64,000 nt of DNA from the NCBI GenBank assembly GCA_002633005.1, contig NMRA01000096.1, positions 124,001 through 188,000 on the forward strand, given 5' to 3'. The notes below the pieces were generated by a model. The model was not told the origin of the DNA. It ran no database searches and was given only the letters and a program-made list of their open reading frames with translations. Every line of letters starts with the position of its first letter. Within the stretch, counting starts at the first letter, position 1. This stretch comes from Phoronis australis. Its lineage: Eukaryota > Animalia > Phoronida. Made by a program: the position numbers and the translations under genes. Shown piece by piece: positions 49,901-61,900 of this stretch.

Positions 49901-52900
49901 AAACACATGATATATAAATGATTTGACACAAAACGATGTGTGAAGCTAAACTGATGGCTCAACAAAACAAAATCAATTCATGGATGTTGAAATTACTAAA
50001 ACCAACTTGTGGCATTACCTGGAGCAGCCAATATTGAACTCACCAGGACAGACTGGGCAGCCTTATCAACCCGCTTGGTTAGCACCTCAGCAGTTTGACC
50101 ACCAACACCACTGACCATCTCTTCAGGGTAATACACATCATAGTTCTTCAACACAGCAATGTACGGTATCTTCTCATTGACAGTGACTACTTTTAATCTG
50201 TGGCAAAAGTAACTATAATCTGCACTACAGTGACTCCCATAAATATGAAGGCATCAGCTCCCAATTCAGAGCCCTCGCTCACCTGAGGGGAATTTTGTTA
50301 TTGAGGAGAACCCTCTCCGCCCAGTCACCACAATTTCCATCTACCTGGTTGCCAACTCTCATTGGCAAAGCCTCAAGCCGCCAAAACTAACGTTTTACAG
50401 AAGCTTTATCAGCTTCAGTGTCGGTAGGTCTTAAGTAAGATTTATATCGCTTACAACTCAATACGATATATGATTAGCATCAAGTTGTGTTACAACAACA
50501 TTTATCTCATAAAGTGAGGCGAGATGTGCCTACGAAATACTCCAGATATCCCATAATTCAGACATCGTAGGCTTACATATCAACTTGTCATTGAACAGCT
50601 ACAACCTATGCCATTAGTGATAGAGAGATCTTAACAAACACTTATACGTACTTGTTTCAAAGTATTTGGGATTGATGCTCTTGACATTAGTGGCAGATGT
50701 AAGACAATCAACCTTTGGGTGGTGGCCAAAATGAGGAATCCCTACATTATTGTTACCAAATGGCTGACGTGTACTTTAGATTAGTAAAAAATACATTGGT
50801 TACATTTCACAACACAAGCAATCAGAGTTCCACACCATTAAATTAAACACACTCACATTACCTACAGTAGCTGTTTCATTGATGTAGAACAATTGGAGAC
50901 AGTTAAATTTCAACTAATGAACACCACACTGTAACTTATCACATTCCAATAAGTTCACAAGCCAGGGACCTTAAGTCTGAAAAAGGAAATTTCAAATCAC
51001 TTACAGCTGGTGAGCTAAGGGTCCGAACACTAAGCCAAAAACATGCTTTCCCACTGCTCCCTCTGCCATCTGCTTGAAAGCTTCAGAATCTGAAAACGGA
51101 TACAAACCAACTAAAAATAATTCACTTTAAATCAAGGATGCCTGGCATACCATTACCTGATACCACAGTTTTTAAGTAAAAAATGTATTAAGCAATAAAA
51201 TGTTATTTTGAAATTGTGAAGTTGTAAGTAGCTGTGAACAGCTGATGGACGTCACATACCGCCAAAATCAATAACTAAATTTTCAGTTCAAACCACCAAA
51301 GTGAACTTACAAAATTTTATTACTTTAGTCATCTTATGACCCTTAAGAGTTACCATTCCCAATGAATAGTTCCAACAAACGCATCTCATGCCACGCCCAC
51401 CATAGTTACTGTTGCCATGGTCACACAAGCACACGACCAAGTTCTTGCAAGCCTATTACAGCAGCAGATTCTCTACGGTGCGTTTTTAATCAAAGTTCAC
51501 TGAACACCATTACCAAAACGAGGTTGTAGACGAAGCCACGTTTCCGTTTATCACGCCCGCTGTCATCCCCAAATCTTCCACATGTTTTAATTTTAATTCA
51601 CAAATTTTGATACAACCCAAGCCAATAAAATAAAAAAAAATATTTTGAAATGTTATGAAGGTTAAGTTCTTCTTTCGTGGTCGTTTATCCAGACGTACAT
51701 ATATATTCCGCTGGTAGTGAAGCCAGGAAAATGCTTTTATCAGCAACAGGCACTTTTCCTCTTTCATTCTCTGTTTATCGTGGATCAGCATCAAAGGAGA
51801 CCCAAGTGCGTCGTAAAACCCCCTTTACGCTTTCCTTCACAGCCGAGGAAGGTGGGACAAAATGGATAACTAACGTTGTCCTTATAAGCTCACACACCCT
51901 TCTTGGCAGGTATTATTGTCTCGAATGGCACTAATTTTCTTAGCAAGCATGAAATGGCGAAAATAGCAAAATGATGGCACATAATATATCTTATTAAAAA
52001 TTACACGGTCTTGTCCCTTTTTCATTCTCCATTGCATTTTTCATCCTAGTTTTCAACAAAAAGTTAAAACTACTAAATAGTGGAGAAAGGCAATGGGCAT
52101 ACCTTTCTCTGTGTCAAATATGCCAAGCACAAAAGCAGACGTTGACAGCAAGGACTGCTTCTCAAACTCCTCCACATCTTCAAGGGATTTAAACACAGTG
52201 ACGGTGGGATGTTTGAATCTGAAGCATAAGAAGCATGCAACCTTTGAGTTACCACGACGACACTAATTCTAATCATTCCCTTTGGAATTGCCTCACATTT
52301 CTCAACACTACAGGTAGTGTTCAACATCTCAACCAACTATAAACTTGCCATGAGGAACACCACCTACAAACACGTACAGTACTGCACAGTACACTGTAAT
52401 AAAAACTAAAGACCTGCTGGTACTGAACTGTACTCAGTACTTCATACTGTATTGTCTGCACTTTGAAAACCAGATAATACGTTTTATCCTTACGAACACT
52501 TACACCTCTATTGCCTGCATCAGAGAGAGTTCGTCCAACATTATGGGTTTCTGTGATAGAAGCGCACCATGCTTATAGAAGCGTATCTTTGGAAATGCAA
52601 TAACGTTCTCCTTAGTGCAGATGTCTGTCCAATCATAGCACTCCACTCTAGTCAACTTCACAGCACTGTCATTAGCTAGTTTTTCCGAGATCTTAGCGTA
52701 AGAAGACAAAAATACCGTGCTTCTAACATCATCTGAAAATAATGAACTTAATGTTGTAATATTGCTGAAATATTCTTCAATTTCCCAAAGAAACAACTGC
52801 CAAAATTATATTTTCCCATATTGTTGAGAAATGAACCCAACGAAATTCCGTAAGTCAGATTACAAAAAGAAAGAGCATTAATCATAAATACATTCCAGGT

Positions 52901-55900
52901 ACAGAAATTCGCAATAATTACTTACAAGAGTCCCAAATTCCGAGAACCAGTTTTTGCCACTGAACATTGGACATCAAACTGGTTCTCAAAATTCGTGACT
53001 CCCGTAATTGACTATTGTCTAGATATCCACTCAAGTCCTCTCACTGAATTTATAGCAATCTTTTCATATCAACCTTCCACTGATATTGACAACATGAGAG
53101 ACATGACATTCTATCGAAAAAAAGACTGGTGCTTTCAGTAGTGATTTTAGCTGTCGGCTAATGGAAGACCAACTTCACAACAGTCTACATTCCTTCAAAG
53201 TATACTCATTCACTAATGCTGTTTACTTGTGATGGCAACTTTTTGCGTTTCAGGTTGTGTGTTCTGAAGTTTTGAAAAACCCCCCTCCACCCCGCAGACT
53301 TGCCACTAAGCAATAGAATGGAACAATGTGCATATTAGCACAGAAGTGCTACAAACAAACATACACTGAGCAGGTAAAGGGGGATCACATCTCAGTTTCC
53401 CAACACGCCGCACAAAAAGGTGTATCGCAGTTCATGGCTAGCAGATGATAGACCTATAGTGCAAAATCACATTCACAGTGAGCTTCAAATCAAGGTTCAC
53501 ACGTTTAAAAACTGCCTACGAACGACAAATATTCCATTTCACGAAAAAGCCCTTCACTCCTCCCTACACTGATATAAAGTAGTTTTCAAAATTGGTTCAA
53601 AGCACATGATGGTGGGATCATTCCAGCAACAGAAAAGATCTGTAGTCAAAATCATCAGTCAACTGCCCTAGAAAATGTGTGCATTAACTGGCTCGCATCT
53701 CTTTTATACTCACAGTATAAAGAAAACAGTACGACAACCAAAGTGTCCGAGGCATCTTCAACAGTTGGATAGAACGTTTTGTCCGTCAGCTGCAAAATGT
53801 TGGGTGTGGAGAGCTTGTTTTTGCGAAGTTGCAAAGCAATGGCCTGCATTTCATCATCTTCTTTCATTACGTACCTCACTGGAGACAGGCAATAGAGACA
53901 TTGAAATGAGAGCTCTATTAATGTTAACTCTTAACAAACAGTAGTAAGCTTGCATGTGATAAAAATGAATTTTTCATCCTGTCAGGACTGGAAATTGCAT
54001 TTCAGTAGAGCAGTCTCACATATTTTTCCTTGAGACAGGCATAGATATGAATAAGCTCTACACAGTGACACTTGACGAACAGTCTGCGATAAAATTACAA
54101 ATCAAAGCCACTTTTCAGTTGGACTAGGCAACGTACCTCCTTGAATACAGGCGATCAAGTCTGCCCGTCAACAGCTGCTGCCAATGAAGCGACTCGCAGA
54201 AATAAGGCATGAAATAGCTCACAAAAATTAGCGAAAAATTTAGTACACAAATTCTAGTTCTAATCAGTAACATAATTCACTTCTAAAACTTTTCAAAAAT
54301 GTAACCCATGCACTTACTAGCATCCTCATCAACAAACTCCTGCTGGGCGAAATCATCCTCTTCCTCGTCATCTGAATCTTTCCTCACATTATCTGACATC
54401 TGCTCTGCCAGGGCATTAAGAACATACTCAGCTCTAGTGAAATCGCTCAGGAAGACATCGGTACCTTCGACATGTAAGTGCATCGTGGGATATATGTCAT
54501 GGCTTGTGCACAGATCGCGTTCAGCCCCAGGCTGGGCCAGGTCACTAATTGGAAATGAACAAAAGTCAACATGACCGTAAAGCAATGAAACTTTTGAAAA
54601 ACTCATCACTGTTTGTGGCTATACTGATAGGTATAGACGACTAAAGGAGGCACAGAACCACTTTCGCAACTGAAACAAAATTATCTGTTATCAATGCAAA
54701 AGGCAAATCATGAACGTGACACAAATTGCAAATCAATAGCTGTATTGGATGTTTCCCCACTACCAGGAATTTCTATAACAGAGCTGTAGGAAGCATCACA
54801 GAAATCTGGGGAAATTAAGGACGTGTACATGCCAAAAATGCGCCCAGAGTATTTGTTGGAAATGGATGGGCCCCTAACATAACTTCAATAAACCCTGGGA
54901 CTACAGGTAATGGAAGCATGGAATCAGAGATACCTTAAAACATAATGAGAACGACTTGCCCACAATGCGCATCAGAAACAGTAAAGCAAAAAAGGGTGCA
55001 CATTTTCAAAAATATTTCCACAGTAGTTGCATTCACTCGAAAGTCAACATCAGTTTTGCACACTCTCTTCGTTAGGAACAAACAGGACAATTTTTATGAC
55101 GATCCATCAAAGAACTTTGTAGATATTGACGGAGCAAAGTGCAAAGTCAATTTGCCAGTACGACACACCGCAATAGTTAGATCAGCCATTCTTCCCCTAA
55201 CGGGGTCAGAACACATATGGAGAAAGATGCAAAAAAATTGCCTCTAGGATACAAAGTGATAGAACAGTCTGAACATTAATTGTTGTTTTCAGCTGGAACT
55301 GCAAATCGAACAACAGTCATACCCGTAGTCAAGCACTGTAGCCAAACCATTACCCTTTGAATCTAGCTATGGACCAACAGCGTTCGGATTTGGGTTAGTA
55401 TGCTTCGAACATGGCGGCATCCGGGTATAAGTAAAACAAAAATTTTTACTGATAAGTATATGATTTATTAGCTTAATTAACAAGCTGTAGTTAAATATGC
55501 GAAATATGCTTTTAATAAAATAATAGTAGATGATTAAACTGTTTGTTAAATGACTCTTAATATATACGCACTCTATTGTCTCAATTGACACGTGTTTGCT
55601 TCAGTACCCGTTTCAGTGTTTCTGAAATTATTTCAATTAAAGCCTTAATATTATTACAATGGCCAGTTACTTCTGTCAAAAATCGCCCTCCAGCATCAGT
55701 TAACCAGAAAAGCTAAGAACCATGGGGAAAATGCCAACTACAAATCAACCTGAAGGTTTCCGTTCCAAACAACCCCACAGCATTCACACAATGTGGAACA
55801 AATGTATTACCAAGAGCTGTTTTCTTCCATTACTTGTTTTTTTAACTGCATTTTATTGCCAGGTCTCCACTCAGCGCAATGTAAAAATCAGCTTTTTTAC

Positions 55901-58900
55901 TCTGCCTCGTTCTCTACCACACATCGAACGCGCTATGCATCGTGGACTTGCGTACCGAAAAAAAATGCAAAAATAAAAAGATATTTGTCACTTCAGGGCT
56001 TTACAAGGTAGCACAGCATTGCTTGGATCCATCCAAAAGTCATTGTTATTCATTATCAGCTCCATAAGAACACATCTGGCTAATTTTGTGTAGAGGGCCC
56101 AAGGAGTTTAGGAGAGACAGCAGCCAATACCACATGACCAGACAGAGACGACAGCAATATGGCATTTTCTCCCAAGTTAAAGTTGGTACATTTTCAGCAC
56201 CTCAAATCAGGCCAGGTAAGCATAACATTTCATAATCGTACCCATAATGAATGATATTACAAAAAATGAAAATATGTAATTTATATGGAGGCATTCGTAG
56301 TTGTAGTTCAGCGCTCTGCTGGCGGAGATAAACCACACTCGATAAATGGCATTTTAAGGGGACTTATAATTACTAAAGTCACCCATTTTGATTTCAGCAA
56401 ATCGCTGGCAAACAATGGCAAGAATTGGCAATTAAGTCTGGTCAGTGTTAAATAACTTCAAAATGTATATACCATCCAAAAATAATCACAAAAATGCGTT
56501 TTCCACAGAAAAATCAACCAGGTCCCTTTAAGGGTCATGGTTAGTCCCAAATGGGGTTCACGGATTTTTTACAAATTTTTTACACGTCACTTTTCAAGAC
56601 CTATGGTCTGACAGCTTCAGGCATAATAAAGCAATTTGAGAACACCATGAGCACAACCTCAAACAGTATAGTTCAAAGAATTGTAAGTAGCTTTAAACTT
56701 TCCATTTGAATGTCCTGACCTTTTTCCTTTGAACTGAAGTAAGTTTTTTAAGCAATAACAACTACAACTTCCGGACCTACCGTATTCACCCTAATAAGTG
56801 CCCATGCCCCTAAAAGCACCCTCACGCATTTTCAGACTTTGCTAAAATAAGCGCCCAGTCCATGAACGTGTACATGCAACAAGTGCCTTACATACAGTTC
56901 TAAAATTCTACAGTAACGTCTTCGATTTATCAATAAGATCCGATAGTCCTGAAAAAATCATTGTGCATGGAATTTGTAGACCACGAGCCTCGCCACTATG
57001 TCAGTATTTAGCCGTGACTACTTCAAATTTCCGCCGTGCTCCAAAAAGAACGAAAGTTTTGCTGATCTTGCAAGGGACGTGTCCTATTATGGTCTGGCCT
57101 TTCAGAACAGACACAACCTACTTGCCAAAGAGATCATCTCCCTCAACAATAATCCAAATCTCTTTGTACACGTAAAAACCGTGAATACAAATAAAAACTT
57201 GACCTTTGTTCAGTTAAAAGCACGTGGCTAGGAAGCGCGCGCTACATTCAAGAATATGTCATCGAACATTAGTCTTCGGGAACTATCTACTCATGAAACG
57301 GGTAGCATAGCATCGGCAAGAAATAAATACTTGAACTTATTTCCGAAAGTTTCTAATACCGTAAAAAACGTTTGCGTTATTTTTAAGGGGGAATTATTGA
57401 ATAAGTCGTAATTGGTGTTTTTAAAGTCAAAATGACCCACTGATAGTGAACACTTCCGAACCCTTACACCCCCTGAATCTCCCGAAAAACAACTGTTAGA
57501 CTGTCACACATCCAGTCACCCGGCGACTCAATGACATCAGCCTTACCAAGACAATTCTCGAAAAATTTTTAACAGATGAGATGAACAAATAAAACACTTT
57601 CTGCTTCACTGCTTGTGTTAATTTCCTTAGTTACAATGCACACCTAGATTGTTACATGCGTTTACTATGGTGACACGTACGCGCTCGCTCTCTCACACAA
57701 TACGCAGATGAACTTCACAAAAAACATCACGTGACAACAACATGTGTGTTCGTCCAGAGATTTTTCTCGTGTTGCGGAGTACGATCTAGCCCAGATTTGG
57801 ACTTAATGTGCAGTTAACCCCTGACTCCACAGGAACTTAAAAAATCTTAGGGACGCTATTTTGAAAACTTAAAGAGGACTTCAGGTAATTTGTTGAGTCG
57901 AAACGATATTTTTACTCAAGAATTCAAGTTGACCTATCGGCAATCGCGAGGCAGCGATGCATCAGTCAGCGAGTTTTCGCACTGGGAATGTCTGAAAAAT
58001 GCTCGTAATTTAACAAGTTTGATAGCAATGCACTGCAATTTACAGATGTTTCACTAAGCGTAAATTTGATGAATTCTAGCTTACGATTTCACCTGTTTCG
58101 GAGACCGAGTTTCAACTTTAGGGATATAATAAGCGCCCCCCTTCCTGAAGCGAATTTTTCTAAGCGCCCTGGGCGCTTATTAGGGTGAATACGGTACATA
58201 CATTGACCTACATCATACTGGAGACATTGCAATTGCACAGACAGGATGTTTTGTGCACTTCACAGTTAAAAGCACCAAATCTCTCAATGTCCACATTTTT
58301 GGTCCCAGTTACTTGAGCAGTTATTAATTTGAGAAAGCAGCCAAGAAGGATTTGATAACCCTATTATGTCTAAAATAAATCCACCACTTGTAGTGTACAC
58401 GTCAACTATATTTTAATGCTTGAACAAAACCATTTGGTAAAAAGAAAAACAAAGTGCAAGAATTTCACCATTTTTCTGAAGTGAAGATCACTTTCAAGTA
58501 AAATCGCTTTGGGAAATCGAGTAGAAAGCTTATGAAAAGACACTTAAAGAGACATAATCGTGAAAAGAAGTGATTTTCTGAGATCAGCCTCAATGCAGTA
58601 TCAAATTCACATCCTCAGAGGTGTCAGTTCAACACTTCGCTGGTGGCACTGAGCCCCACTCAATAAATGGCAGAGAACTGTAAGCGTATTTAACTGGTAA
58701 AGCCACTGACCTCAACTTCACCAAATGGCTGGCAGGCAACGGCGGAAATTGGCGATTTGCCATAAAATCGCAAAAACACAACAGATTTTGTGTAGACTTC
58801 TAAAAACCACTGTTTCTGTTACACCGAAGAAGATGGAAACTGCTTCAGTGACCACAGGTCAAAATTACTGGTATTATAGTTTTTCAAGAATAATAATCAA

Positions 58901-61900
58901 ATCAATGTGCTGTTTGCAGTTCTGCGTGAATTTCGTCCTAACTTCATGGTTACTGATTATTTTATCACACAGAGAAAAAGTGGGTCATTTTTGAGATATC
59001 CGATATACCAGAATAGAACTAATAATATATTTTGTTTCCATACAGATGTTGTTCTTTATGTTTTTGGAAACAGTTAAGTACAAATTGCTCAAATCATAAG
59101 ATTATATTCAACTCAATAATGAGAGGGGCAAGGTTTGCAAGAAGTGGCAAATTTGTAATGGAACACTGTTTGGACTTTCCTCATTCCATCCAAACGTTCA
59201 AATTAATCACACAACCAAAATCTTTGATTTGTCGCGTTCCCTGAAGGTATCAGCCAAAGGCCTTTAAACCGTCATCTACTCACACATTCACGAGAACTAA
59301 AGCCAACAATGTGGTGTAGTGATTTACAACCTCCGGAACTACTTCCTCCACCAGTTCTTTGCTTTTGTTGTCATAGCAAATTTGGAGGTTCAAAACGAAG
59401 CCCTTCTGTTCCATGTAGATGTTCTTATCACCGTCTTCCGGAATACGATACTGAATGAAAAAGAAGTACAAATTTATAAATTCCTTACACTGAAGAAGAT
59501 ATTTTTAGCGACCTCTCCAAAATTCAAATACTGACTGGAAATGACGTTTGATACATGTTTTTATATATTCTTATTTAAAGAACACAATGCTTTGGAGACA
59601 CTTTTTCTTGAATAAGAACAATATCCAGTATTCACTCTATACTTCAAAACACTGGACTCAAAATATTTGGAGTCCATTTCATCTTCTTGAGGTCTGTGAC
59701 TATGGTACAGAAATCATTTTACTCGGCACACAGCTGCTCACCTTGTTACATTGAATTTTTTTTTGAAAACTAGTACAGATTTTATTTATGGACAAGTGAT
59801 ACATTGAAGTGAAAACAAATAATACAACTGATTATTAAACAATGGAATGTGCATTGCACATAATAATCACATGTCTTGGTTTCCAGAAACACTTTTTAAA
59901 ACTATTAAAAACAAGTAAAATAGATGCTGGAATGCCGTGCAGTTGCCGACGGCTAAGAATATAAAATAGTAAAGGTAAAACAACGAGCGTCCGTACTCAA
60001 ATAAATTAAAATATTCCCGCGTTTGGAGCGGTACGCTCTTTATCAAGGGCATGACATAGACTGCCGAATGAATGGATATGAATAAAATAGCACAGATGAC
60101 CGCATGGTGATAAACAATAGGAAGCATAAACAATATCAGCCATTATAAATACTGTTCGTATTTTAAAAAATTAGTACCGACGCTCATCAGTTTACTTTTA
60201 CTATTTTATATTAAAATCAAGTAATGCACTCACAACACTGGGTAAAGTCCACAAAACCAAAGACTCCTTGAAATAATAAATTTTCATTCTGCCTTCATAG
60301 CGATAACTCTCGCACTCCCCAGTGGTGACATGCTTACATCGCAGGAACCAGACGAACCATTTTTCCTTTGAATCCACATCCACTTCGCTGCAAGAAAATG
60401 AGAATTGTGTGACATAGCTACGTGATCATTTTAAGAGGCAGTCTATATAAAAACTGTTACAGTAGATTTCCAAAAATCAGTCTATACGTCAAAAATAAAA
60501 AAAAAAATGTTTTTTGTACATGGATAGGTATCCTAACAAAAGATTTAAATGCCACATTTTGTGCACTCAATGACCCCTAATTTCGCTGCTGGAGCACTAG
60601 ACCACAACTGGTCCTATTAACCGTCTTCAAAATTGTAGGTTGTCAGCAACGAAAATAAGTAACTTACAAAATAGATTGGAAGTTGTATTTTGGTGGCTGG
60701 GATAACCAATGTGTGCTGTAAATAATTATTTGGATTTACTCTAATTTGACGCCTTTGTGCTGGACAGGGGAGATAATCCACAGACCACTTTCCCCAGCTA
60801 ATTTTAGTGGCTCTTCAGTTTTTTACCCTCTTATTGCCATACTGCACCTTGTAGCTTTATGTAACTTTTTGAACATACAGCTAAAGAGTAAATCTTGATA
60901 ACAAACCAACAAAATATCTTGCCTCAACTTTGCATTTATAGTGACAACTGTCTTGCAAAACTGTCGATTTTGGAAACGATGAGAATAGTTTACAAATAGA
61001 ATAAAATTTGGAACAAGAAATATGCTTTAAACTTTTATAAAAGTCAAGTCTAAGGTCTTTCAAATAAAAACAAGTTGTTTTCTGGATGTATAACACGATC
61101 AGTATCAAAACTGAACGCGATGACCTTTGTCCAGTGAGTCAGTTGACATTAGGTTTGAGGATGTATAAAAATTGTGTATATGTAACCCTCTTGTTTTCTA
61201 CCATTATCATTTATTTGACAATTACACGTCAATTAAATTGAAGTAAATCCCGTTGAAATTTGAATTTGAAAGAATTGATATTTGTAAAGACTGGTTTTGG
61301 GGCTATTATAAGCTTAAAGACAAAATGAAGAACAAAGACCAGTTCTGTTCGTTTAGAGCTTTTATAAAACAAGTGCAATCACAAAAGTTTTGTGGCTTTA
61401 GTCAGTTATGCTAAAGACACTTCAGAACATCTGAGATGCTGTAAAGTACGGCATAAGTCAAGGCCAGTTGCAGAGTATGAGTTCGTACTACTAGCAAGGA
61501 CAGGTAAATTTGTAACTGAGCAGGACCAGTCGTGGAGTCAAATCATATGCGATGTTCACCACAGAGCATTTGGTCCCGGTTTTCAGCCAAGCAGAACGTT
61601 TCTGTATCCTGAACACCCAAGATCTTCCAGAAGATAATCTGAACGAGGTACAGACTTCAACATTTCACGGTGGATATTGGTCAGTTTGGAGTCAGACTCA
61701 GAATTGGTACCACCCCGCATCTTCGACTTAAAGAACCACAAGATCAAGTGTCACAGTTGAAATTAAATGACCCAACTTTGCTTTCCAAGTGCATATACAT
61801 GTATTATATATTTTAACGTAGTTAATCGTAGTTTGTAATTGAGGTGAAATGACAGTAGTCAGTCTAGTGGCGTAGCGAGAACCTCCTTGCCCCCCGTCAA

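Noticed and set aside
50652-50741. 90-bp AG/GT-bounded candidate extra TXNDC16 exon
   Set aside because: Has a stop in the phase required by the flanking exons, which already join in frame.
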